From an uncultured bacterium (GTDB taxonomy: Bacteria > Verrucomicrobiota > Verrucomicrobiia > Limisphaerales > UBA8199), in assembly GCA_963749495.1 (NCBI GenBank), contig CAVVMW010000018.1:288001-352000 (forward strand): a stretch of 64,000 bases of DNA, written 5' to 3'. The position numbers and the translations under genes were made by a program. Below, in pieces: positions 10,380 to 18,558 of the stretch (its first letter is position 1; every line of letters begins with the position of its first letter). The notes below the pieces were generated by a model. That model searched no databases and was not told the DNA's origin. It worked only from the letters and a program-made list of their open reading frames with translations.

Positions 10380-11099
10380 ATGGCCAATCAAACCACCATC
10401 GTCGAAACCGACGCCGTGAGCGAGCGGCTCGCGATCTACCGCGTGAACGATTCCGGCGTCCCCATTGCCGCCGCCGGCGGCGTCTCAATCACGCTTCCCG
10501 ACGTGGTCGCCGCGATCCCCGCCGGTGATTCCGTCAGCCTCGGTCTGCTCCACTACGCCGACAGCCAATCCGGCACCACCAAAAAGGTCCTCTGCCTTCT
10601 CGGCACCCCCACCGCCGAGCCCAGCCCCGCCTCCGGCGGCAACGGCAGCAACGTCTGGCTCGGCGGCGGGGCCGGCGGCGCCCTCACCATGTTCATCGTG
10701 ACGGCCCTCAACGGCTCCGACCTCCTGACCTGCCGCACCTGGGATGGCAGCGCTATCGGGTCCACCAACGTCACCGTCGCCAAACAGCACCAGGTCCGCC
10801 CCTCCACCACCACCGATTACGTGGACGGCGTCAACCTCTCCTGCACCTACCCATCCGGCTCCGAATCCTTTGCCGGCGGCGGCCAACTCAAAGACAACCA
10901 CCGCACCGTCAGCGACGGCACCAATTCTCAGGCCCAAGTCGTCTATCCCCGCTACCAAACCCGCCTCGAGAACCCGCCCTTCACCATGCAAGCCGTCATC
11001 TTCGCCACCCAACCCATCGGCGGCACCGGCATCTCCGGCGTCACCTGGCTCGAAATCGCCCCCGCCCGCGTCTGGGCCAAATGCTACGTCCAATCATGA
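10380..11099 (+). CDS. Hypothetical tail-tip-associated protein
   Basis: 239-aa ORF with strong coding bias, inside the operon. Confidence 0.6.
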   Translation: MANQTTIVETDAVSERLAIYRVNDSGVPIAAAGGVSITLPDVVAAIPAGDSVSLGLLHYADSQSGTTKKVLCLLGTPTAEPSPASGGNGSNVWLGGGAGGALTMFIVTALNGSDLLTCRTWDGSAIGSTNVTVAKQHQVRPSTTTDYVDGVNLSCTYPSGSESFAGGGQLKDNHRTVSDGTNSQAQVVYPRYQTRLENPPFTMQAVIFATQPIGGTGISGVTWLEIAPARVWAKCYVQS

Positions 11100-11155
11100 C
11101 CCGCTCTCGCCTTTCGGCTCTCGGCTATTGGCTATTGGTTATCAACTATTGACTT

Positions 11156-11933
11156 ATGGGCAGTTCCCTCATCGTCCCTGGCGCCGTTTTCACCGGCGGT
11201 CCCGGCCTCGCCTCCGACGGCAGCCTCGGCCACCTCGAGGAAACGAACCTCCGCCACCTCATCTGCAACCAGGCCCCGCCCACCCTCCGCTACCGCCATG
11301 CCTGGGCTTACGGCGGCGGCCCCAGCAGCTATTCCGCCTTGAAGAACGCCTTCCTTGCCCAGGACTTCACCGCCGGCTGGCCCAGCGGGAGCTACTACTG
11401 GGTCCCCGGCACTCCAGGCCAATGGTATGACTACGCCACCAGCGCCCCCTACGTCGACCCCGGCTTCACCCTCTACCGCGACCCCGACACCGGCAACGTC
11501 ACCCGCTACGCCGGCATCCAGAACAGCCCCTGGGGCACCATCGCCCAGACCATGATCTATTATCAAGCCCGACGCCCAGGCCGCCTTTGCCTCCGCCAGG
11601 TCCGAATGGGTCACCAACCTCGGCTTCTGTGTCAGCGGCTGGAACACCTGGAGTGGAATGCCCGGCGAAACCGACATCGGGATCGTCCGAGGCCAGGTCG
11701 AAGTCCTCGGCGGCGCCCCCGTCTATTACTTCATCGCCAACGCCCAAGTCACGCCGGGCTCCCCCGCTTCCATCGCCTACGCCTTCGTCCAGGACGGCAT
11801 CCTGGCCCCCGGCGCCTCCATCGAAGCCCCCCTCCCCGCCGCCGCCCCCGGCGGCAGCGTTGTCGAGAACATCAACATCCTCGCCTTCCAACCCTCCTCC
11901 TACAGCGACTGGCTCTCCTCCCTGGGCGGTTGA
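11156..11933 (+). CDS. Hypothetical protein, last gene of the tail-like operon (+1 frameshift near 11560)
   Basis: Sensible sequence up to ...QTMIY continues in the frame of ORF 11658..11933 (KPDAQAAFASARSEWVTNLG...). The Arg-rich tail of ORF 11156..12199 is out of frame. Confidence 0.55.
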
Positions 11934-11951
11934 CGGCGGCTCCGGCGTCCG

Positions 11952-12153
11952 GAGCCGTTGACAAAGTCGTAGCGCAGGTTTCCAAACCTGCTGTATCGCC
12001 GATTTCCAAATCGGCAGGGCGTCGGCATATCGTACGGGCCCGGTTTGCGGACGGCCTGCGGGTTTGGAAACCCGCGATACAGCAGACTTGGAAGTCTGCG
12101 CTACTCTGGCGCCCCTGGCGCACAGGCGCACCGAGCGACTTTGTCAATGGCCC
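11952..12153. mobile_element. MITE-like element containing GTAG-type REP hairpins
   Basis: Terminal inverted repeats ccgttgacaaagtcg / cgactttgtcaatgg. Internal hairpins gcaggtttccaaacctgc, gccgatttccaaatcggc, gcgggtttggaaacccgc and gcagacttggaagtctgc are bounded by GTAG...CTAC. Confidence 0.7.
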
Positions 12154-12155
12154 TG

Positions 12156-13097
12156 TCACGCCCCCAGGACCGCCGCGTAGCGCAGACCGCGGGTGCTGAT
12201 CCGCAAAGTGTCGAAATGGAACTGGCGCATGATCGCCTCGAAGACCGCCGCACCCGTCAGGATGACGTTGGCGCGGCTTTTCGGGAGGCCGGGGATGAGC
12301 TTGCGCTCCTCCAACGGCAGGCTCCAGAGCCGTTGAGTGTGCCAGGCCAGGCGCGGGGCGCTCAAGCGTGTGGCTTCGAGCCGCTGGCGGTCGAAGGTCT
12401 CGAGCCCCGCTTCCATGCAGCCCAGGATGCTGGCGGTGCCGCCGGCGCCCACCAGGCACAATGGCTCGGCCTGGGCTTCGCGCTGCAATGCCGGCGCCAG
12501 GCGGGGGCGGACTTTCTGGTCGAGGAATTCGTCAAGCCGCCGGCGGCAGGCCGCCAACTCTGCGGGCGTCGGCGGGTTGCTCGGGGGATTGGCCTCGAGC
12601 AGGCGCACGGTGCCGAGCGGGAAGCTCTCCTTGAAATGCTGATGCGCCCGGCGTCCGACGATGAACTCCGTGCTGCCGCCGCCAACGTCCAGCAGGAGCA
12701 AGGGCATCGCCGCCAGCGCCGGGTCGGTGGCCACACCCTGAAACACCCAGTCTGCCTCCTGGTCGCCGGAGATGATCTCGACCCGGAGCCGCGAGGCGCT
12801 TTCGATGGCGGTCTTGAGTTCCAGGGCGTTGGCGGCGTCGCGGGCGGCGCTGGTGGCGATAACGCGAATCGAGGAGGCCCGTTGCTCGAGCGCCTTGGCG
12901 GCAAATTCCGCGACGGCCGCCGCCGTCTTGGCAATCGGTCCGGGCTGGAGCTGGCCCGCCCGGTAGAAGCCCTGGCCGAGCCGCGTCTGCTTGCTCCCCT
13001 CCCACACCGGCCGCACCTGTGCGCCGGCCACCTCGGCCACCAGCAGCTTGACCGAGTTGGTGCCCACATTGATGACCGCTCTGCGCACGCCGTTCAT
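12156..13097 (-). CDS. ppx: Ppx/GppA family exopolyphosphatase
   Basis: AVINVGTNSVKLLV, TRLGQG, ATSAARDAAN, ISGDQEA, DVGGGSTE and STRGLRY motifs. Start moved to ATG 13097 because the longer ORF reads through a heptamer repeat. Confidence 0.92.
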   Translation of the reverse strand: MNGVRRAVINVGTNSVKLLVAEVAGAQVRPVWEGSKQTRLGQGFYRAGQLQPGPIAKTAAAVAEFAAKALEQRASSIRVIATSAARDAANALELKTAIESASRLRVEIISGDQEADWVFQGVATDPALAAMPLLLLDVGGGSTEFIVGRRAHQHFKESFPLGTVRLLEANPPSNPPTPAELAACRRRLDEFLDQKVRPRLAPALQREAQAEPLCLVGAGGTASILGCMEAGLETFDRQRLEATRLSAPRLAWHTQRLWSLPLEERKLIPGLPKSRANVILTGAAVFEAIMRQFHFDTLRISTRGLRYAAVLGA

Positions 13098-13150
13098 GGG
13101 CCGGGCAGGGTAGGGGAAGCTGCGCCGGGAGCAATGCGGAAGTGACGAGG

Positions 13151-13291
13151 GACGAATGACGAATGACGAATGACGAATGACGAATGACGAATGACGAGGC
13201 GGCGAGAGCCTTCTTCCGTGCCTCGTGTTGTCTTTGTCCCTTTTCGTCATTCGTCATTCGTCATTCGTCATTCGTCATTCCTCATTCCTCA
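13151..13291. repeat. Inverted heptamer arrays (GACGAAT)x6 and (TTCGTCA)x5 plus 2 variants, in the divergent ppx/ppk1 intergenic region
   Basis: Directly visible. The arms are reverse complements about 45 bp apart. Confidence 0.95.
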
Positions 13292-13328
13292 CACATAGCT
13301 CTTTGCAAAACCGGGGCGAGAGGCTAAC

Positions 13329-15515
13329 TTGCTGCCGGTCGTGCGATCCGGGATCAAAAGAGACTCGTGGGGGACGGCTCAGTTCATCAACCGCGAATTG
13401 AGCTGGCTGGAGTTCAACCAGCGGGTGCTGGAGGAGGCGCTGGATGCGAGCAACCCGCTGCTGGAGCGGCTGAAGTTCTTCTGCATCGTCAGCTCGAACC
13501 TCGACGAATTCTTCGAGGTGCGCGTGGCGGGGCTCAAGCAGCAGATGGAGAGCGACGTGGTCGAGCGGACGATGGACGGGCTGACCGTGAGCGAGAGCTT
13601 TGGGCAGACCGTCAGGCGTGTGCGCCGGATGGTGGAGCAGCATTACGCCTGCTGGCGCGACGAGCTGTTGCCGGCCCTGGCGCAGGCCGGCATTCGCATC
13701 CTCCACGTCTCCGAACTGGAGCCCGCGGACCTGGCCTGGGTCGAGTCGTATTACCGCGCCCAGGTCCGGCCGGTGCTCACGCCCTTTGCCATCGACCCGG
13801 CCCATCCCTTTCCCCAATTGCTCAACAAGTCGCTCAATCTGATCGTGCGCCTGGAGATGGCCCGGCAAGGCGAGGTGCTCAAGCACATGGCCGTGGTCGA
13901 GATCCCGCGCAACCTCTCGCGGGTGGTCAAGCTGCCGCGCGCCGACGGGCGCCAGGACTATGTGGACCTGGCCCGCCTGATCGGGCATTTCCTGGCCGAC
14001 CTCTTCCCCGGCACGCGCATCATCGGCTACTGGCCGTTCCGGGTCACGCGCAACAGCGAACTCTATATCGACGAGGAGGAGACGGCCAATCTCCTCAAGG
14101 CGGTCGAGAACGAGCTGCACAACCGCCGCAAGGGCGACGCCGTGCGCCTGGAGATCGAGCACGATTGCCCGCCGGTCATCCGGCAGGCCCTGCTGGAGAC
14201 CTTGCGCCTGACCGAGGAGGACCTTTACCCGATTGAGGGCCCGCTCAACCCGGTGCCGCTGATGGCCCTTTACGAGGGCGACCACTCGCCCGAACTGCGC
14301 GACCCGCCTTTCGTGGCCCCGGTGGCATCCCCTCTGCGCAGCCGCCCCGACCTCTTTGCGGCGGTCCGCGAGCGGGACATTTTGCTGCACCACCCTTACG
14401 AGAATTTCAGCAGCGTGGTCGATTTCCTCGAGCAGGCCGCCTCCGACCCCGAGGTGCTCGCCCTCAAGCAGACCCTCTACCGGACCGGTGGCGACCCGCG
14501 CATCATCGGTGCCCTCGAGAGCGCCGTCCGCAACGGCAAACAGGTCACCGCCGTCGTCGAGTTGCGCGCCCGTTTCGATGAGGCCAACAACATCATCTGG
14601 GCCCGCCAACTCGAAGAGGCCGGCGTCCACGTCGTCTATGGCCTGGTCGGTTACAAGATCCACGCCAAGGCCACGTTAGTGGTGCGCCGGGAAGGTTACC
14701 AGATCCGCCGCTACGTCCATCTTTCCAGCGGCAATTACAACCCCGCCACATCCCGCGTCTATACCGACCTGGGCCTGTTGACGTGCCGCCCGGAGCTGGG
14801 CGAGGACGTGACCAACCTCTTCAACCTGCTGACCGGCATCTGCCAGTTCCAGCCGATGCACAAGCTCATCGTCGCCCCCTTCGACCTCCACGAGCGCCTG
14901 CTGCAGCTCATCCAACGGGAGACCGACCATGCGCGGCAGGGCCTGCCCGCGCGCATCGTCGCCAAGATCAACTCCCTGGCCGAGCCGACGGTCATCGCCG
15001 CCCTCTGCGCGGCCTCGCAGGCCGGCGCGCAGGTCGAGTTGATCGTGCGCGGCATCTGCTGCCTGCGGCCCGGCGCCAAGGGCCTCAGCGAGAACATCAC
15101 CGTCCGCAGCATCGTCGACCGCTTCCTGGAGCACAGCCGCATCTACTATTTCGAGAACGCCTGCCAGCCGCAGGTCTTCATTGCAAGCGCCGACTGGCTG
15201 CCGCGCAATTTCTTCGGCCGCATCGAGCTGGTCTTCCCGATCGAGGACGGCCTCCTGCGGGAGCGCATCATCGGCGAACTGCTGGCCGTGTCCCTGCGCG
15301 ACAGGGTCAAGGCGCGCTTCCTGGAGCCTGATGGGACCTATCGGCGCGCGGTGCCGGGGCCGGGCCAGGAACCGCGCCGCAGCCAGGCCGAGTTCATGGC
15401 CCTGGCCTTGGCGGAAGGCCAGCCCCGCTCCAAGCTGGTGGATGGCCAGCGCCGCTATCCGCGCGTCAAATTGGCTCCATCGCCCTTTGCCGCGCGCAAA
15501 CGCGAACGCGGGTAA
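13329..15515 (+). CDS. ppk1: Polyphosphate kinase 1
   Basis: FINRELSWLEFNQRVL, SSNLDEFFEVRVAGL, AHPFP, LLHHPY, KIHAK, SIVDRFLEHSR and SADWLPRN motifs. Exact start uncertain. Confidence 0.97.
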   Translation: MLPVVRSGIKRDSWGTAQFINRELSWLEFNQRVLEEALDASNPLLERLKFFCIVSSNLDEFFEVRVAGLKQQMESDVVERTMDGLTVSESFGQTVRRVRRMVEQHYACWRDELLPALAQAGIRILHVSELEPADLAWVESYYRAQVRPVLTPFAIDPAHPFPQLLNKSLNLIVRLEMARQGEVLKHMAVVEIPRNLSRVVKLPRADGRQDYVDLARLIGHFLADLFPGTRIIGYWPFRVTRNSELYIDEEETANLLKAVENELHNRRKGDAVRLEIEHDCPPVIRQALLETLRLTEEDLYPIEGPLNPVPLMALYEGDHSPELRDPPFVAPVASPLRSRPDLFAAVRERDILLHHPYENFSSVVDFLEQAASDPEVLALKQTLYRTGGDPRIIGALESAVRNGKQVTAVVELRARFDEANNIIWARQLEEAGVHVVYGLVGYKIHAKATLVVRREGYQIRRYVHLSSGNYNPATSRVYTDLGLLTCRPELGEDVTNLFNLLTGICQFQPMHKLIVAPFDLHERLLQLIQRETDHARQGLPARIVAKINSLAEPTVIAALCAASQAGAQVELIVRGICCLRPGAKGLSENITVRSIVDRFLEHSRIYYFENACQPQVFIASADWLPRNFFGRIELVFPIEDGLLRERIIGELLAVSLRDRVKARFLEPDGTYRRAVPGPGQEPRRSQAEFMALALAEGQPRSKLVDGQRRYPRVKLAPSPFAARKRERG

Positions 15516-15551
15516 TCAGTCAGTGAAGGCGCAGACGGAATGCCGGGCAGA

Positions 15552-15593
15552 CCCCTCACCCCGGCCCTCTCCCCTTCCAAAGGGGAGAGGGAG
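15552..15593. repeat. REP-like hairpin CCCCTCACCCCGGCCCTCTCCCC...GGGGAGAGGGAG; possible terminator role
   Basis: Perfect stem ccctctcccct/aggggagaggg just after the ppk1 stop. Confidence 0.7.
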
Positions 15594-15695
15594 ACGCGTC
15601 GGCAGTCTCGGGAGCTTCCGTATTTGAGGTCCATATATACATACGCCGCTTGGTGCTCTCGCTGATGCCCGGCCTGGGTTGGCACGCCCGCGTTC

Positions 15696-15919
15696 AGGCC
15701 GAAGGCCTGGTTCATGCCAGCCCAGGGCAAGGCCCGCCGGAGCGCAGCGCAGGCGGGCCGCCGCCCTGGGTCCACCGCACATTCTCTATTCTATTGCAGG
15801 CCAACGGCCTGCCTCATAGCGCTCCTGGAGGATGAATCGCGCTTTCAGCGCTCCAGAGGATTATTGGCGGCTGTTCCCAGGGCGTTGCCCTGGGCTGGTA
15901 TGAACGACGCCTTTGGCGT
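15696..15919. repeat. Composite REP/MITE-like palindromic element
   Basis: Inverted arms ttcatgccagcccagggcaa / ttgccctgggctggtatgaa, with small hairpins aggccgaaggcct, aggccaacggcct, gcgctttcagcgc and acgcctttggcgt. Confidence 0.7.
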
Positions 15920-16061
15920 CCAGAGCACGGACCGCCGGTTCCATCATGCACCCGAAGAATTCTGTCGTGCGCCCGCCTTTACTGAGGCCTTACGAACGCG
16001 GTTGATCTCCCGTCCCCGGCAAGGTAGTTTGAGGCGGCTGCATGGGAACCACTAGGAAAAG

Positions 16062-17039
16062 ATGGCGGATGTGAAGACCGCAGTTCAAAGCGTCTGCACC
16101 GGCAACGGCCAGGACATTCGTGTTCGATCTGGCCGGCGCCTGCATTGCGCCCTGCCTGCCAGCAGCCTGGGGCAGCTCAAGAAGTCCCTCAAGAGACGGT
16201 GGAAATGCTATCGGAAGCAGTTGAAACGCTGCCAGAAGAAGCTCACCGAGGAGGCCATTCACGATTCGCGGGTCGAGGCCAGGCGCCTGCTCTCGACCCT
16301 CGAATTGCTGGGCGGCTTTCTGGCGCCCGGACGGGTGCGGAAGGTCGAGCGCGCCCTCAAGCGGCACCTGGACACCTTTGATGATTTGCGGGACACGCAG
16401 GTGCAATTGCCCGTTATCCGGAAGATGCAGGTGACCTTTCCGGCGGCCCGGCCCTTTTGTGCCTTCCTTTGCAAGCGCGAGGAGCGCCTGGCCAAGTGTA
16501 CGCGCCTGGCCATCGAGAAGGTCAGAACGCGGCGGCTGGACAAGCTGCTCCGGGACTCTCTCCAGGAGGTGGAGACCCGGCGCAAGCGGTGCCCGGCCCA
16601 GGAGCGGGCCGCCCGGCTGTTGCGCTGCGTGGACCGCGCCTTCGAGCGGACCGACCAGCTCCGCGCCCGCATCGATCCCAGCGACACGCGGACCATTCAT
16701 TGCACTCGCGTGGCCTTCAAGAAGTTCCGCTACATGGTCGAAACGCTGATGGACCTTCTGCCGGCGCCCGACCGCAAGCTGTGCACGGCGATGCACGACT
16801 ACCAGACCCTGATGGGCGACATCCAGGATGCCGAAATGCTCCGGAGCGCCCTCGAGAAATTCCTCCGCAAGCACACCCCCGCCCCCCAGCCGGTCCGGCA
16901 CCTGCGCGAAGAACTGGCCCTGCGCCGCCAGCGGCTCATCGATACTTACATGAGCGCCATGGGCCGCATGCGCGAATTCTGGCCCCTGGAGGGACCGGCC
17001 CGCCCTGCAAAACGCGCAGACCTGGACTCCGCCTCATGA
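16062..17039 (+). CDS. CHAD domain protein (polyphosphate-binding)
   Basis: EAIHDSRVEARRL, LRDTQV, IHCTRVAFKKFRY and QTLMGDIQD motifs; highly basic. Confidence 0.9.
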   Translation: MADVKTAVQSVCTGNGQDIRVRSGRRLHCALPASSLGQLKKSLKRRWKCYRKQLKRCQKKLTEEAIHDSRVEARRLLSTLELLGGFLAPGRVRKVERALKRHLDTFDDLRDTQVQLPVIRKMQVTFPAARPFCAFLCKREERLAKCTRLAIEKVRTRRLDKLLRDSLQEVETRRKRCPAQERAARLLRCVDRAFERTDQLRARIDPSDTRTIHCTRVAFKKFRYMVETLMDLLPAPDRKLCTAMHDYQTLMGDIQDAEMLRSALEKFLRKHTPAPQPVRHLREELALRRQRLIDTYMSAMGRMREFWPLEGPARPAKRADLDSAS

Positions 17040-17539
17040 ACCTCTACCTCCTGCGTCACGGGCTGGCGGCCGAACCGGGCGCCGGCGGCGCTCACACGGA
17101 CGCCGAGCGTCCGCTCACCCCCAAGGGCGAGCGCAAGCTCTGGCGCAGCGCCGAGGCGATGCAAGCCTTGGGCCTGTCCTTCGACCTCATCCTGACCAGC
17201 CCCTGTGTGCGGGCGCGCCAAACGGCCGAGATAGTCGCCCAGGCCGTGGGCGCCCGCAAACGCATCGAACTGACCGGCGCGCTGGCCCCCGGCGCCGGGA
17301 CACGGAAGGTCATCGAGCACCTCGCCCGGCTCGAACCGGCCCCGGAGGACGTCCTGCTCGTCGGCCATGAGCCCGGCATGAGCGAGCTGATCTCGCTCCT
17401 GGTCGCCGGGGACTCCGGCTTGTCGGTCGTGATGAAGAAAGGCGGCCTTTGCAAGCTCTCGGCCGAGTCGCTCCAGGCCGGCCGTTGCGCGGCCCTGGAA
17501 TGGCTCCTCACCCCCAAGCAGATGGCGCTCATGGGCTGA
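17036..17539 (+). CDS. sixA: Phosphohistidine phosphatase SixA
   Basis: MNLYLLRHG, DAERPLT, TSPCVRARQTA and LLVGHEP motifs; ATGA overlap with the CHAD gene. Confidence 0.92.
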   Translation: MNLYLLRHGLAAEPGAGGAHTDAERPLTPKGERKLWRSAEAMQALGLSFDLILTSPCVRARQTAEIVAQAVGARKRIELTGALAPGAGTRKVIEHLARLEPAPEDVLLVGHEPGMSELISLLVAGDSGLSVVMKKGGLCKLSAESLQAGRCAALEWLLTPKQMALMG

Positions 17540-17544
17540 GCGGA

Positions 17545-18425
17545 GTGCCGGAAATTCCCCGCGTGGAGTCCGGCCCCGGCTACCGGCTCGTCAAACTGGC
17601 AAGCGGCGCTTATAGCGTCCATTCGCTTGCCCATCACGAGACGTTTCATCCCGTGGTCGGTCCCGTGGCGGAGGCCCAGGCGCTTTATGTGCGCCAGCTT
17701 GGCCTGGTGGAGCGGCTGCGCTGCCATACCGGCGAATGGGTGATCTGGGACGTTGGCCTGGGCGCGGCCGCCAACCCGCTCACGGTCCTGCGCGCCGCCC
17801 GCGAGGTCCCCGGCGCGGTCCGCCTGGTGAGCTTCGATCACACGCTGGCGCCGCTGGAGTTTGCCCTGGAGCACACGCAATACCTGGCCTACCTCCGGGG
17901 GTTCGAGCCGCATCTGCGGCGCCTGCTCCAGCATGGCCAGGCCGCCTTCACCGAGGGCGCCCTGACCGTCAGGTGGGAGGTCCATGTCGCCGATTTCCCC
18001 ACCTTCCTCACTCAGCCCGCCGCCAAGACCCTCGCCAAGCCGCACACGGTCCTGTTCGATGCCTTTTCCCCGGCCAAGAACCCGGCCATGTGGACCGGGC
18101 CCTTGTTCGCAAATCTCTATGCGCTGCTCGACCCGGAGCGCCCGTGCGCCCTGCCGACCTACTCGCGCAGCACGCTGCTGCGCGTGACGCTGCTGCTGGC
18201 CGGCTTCTGGGTGGGCAAGGGCCACGCCACCGGCCAAAAGGAGGAAACGACCGTGGCGGCCAACACGCCGGCGCTGCTGGGCGAGTTGCTGGATCGGCGC
18301 TGGCTCTCTCGCGCCCGCCGCTCGACCAGCGCCGAGCCGTTGTGGGAACCGAGTTACCGGCAGGCCCGCCTCTCACCGGAGACGTGGGACAAGCTCCAAG
18401 CACCCCACAGTTCGCCATGCGCTAA
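17545..18425 (+). CDS. MnmC/MnmD-type SAM-dependent methyltransferase (probable -1 indel near 18403; true end ...HPQFAMR*)
   Basis: ETFHPVVGPVAEAQALYV, IWDVGLGAAAN, FDAFSPAKNPAMW and TYSRS motifs. GTG start 5 bp after the sixA stop. Confidence 0.8.
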
Positions 18426-18465
18426 CATTGGCACACTCATGCGGGTCCTGGACCTTCGTCGCAGC

Positions 18466-18533
18466 CTTTGTCGCGGCCTTTGTCGAATGCGCGGTTTCTC
18501 GACAAAGGGCGCGACAAAGGTTGCGACAAAGGT
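18466..18533. repeat. Inverted repeat array (CTTTGTCG / CGACAAAGG units)
   Basis: Directly visible between the methyltransferase and hydrolase genes. Confidence 0.8.
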
Positions 18534-18558
18534 CCAAAGGGATACGATTCCAGCACTT

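Larger units (their letters stand above)
1..11933 (+). mobile_element. Phage-tail-like structural operon (cryptic prophage, or domesticated tailocin/GTA-like module); continues beyond the left edge
   Basis: Eleven co-oriented, tightly packed ORFs with ATGA/GTGA overlaps at 5985, 6923 and 7063. Gene order and protein character fit connector, terminator, tube, (cargo), distal tail, tape measure, hub, fibre. Ends abruptly at a MITE next to ppx. Confidence 0.6.

Noticed and set aside
13098..13257. N-terminal extension of Ppx (RHSSFVIRHSSF) and similar ORFs 19401..19862 and 19768..19950
   Set aside because: Translations of heptamer arrays, not real protein sequence.
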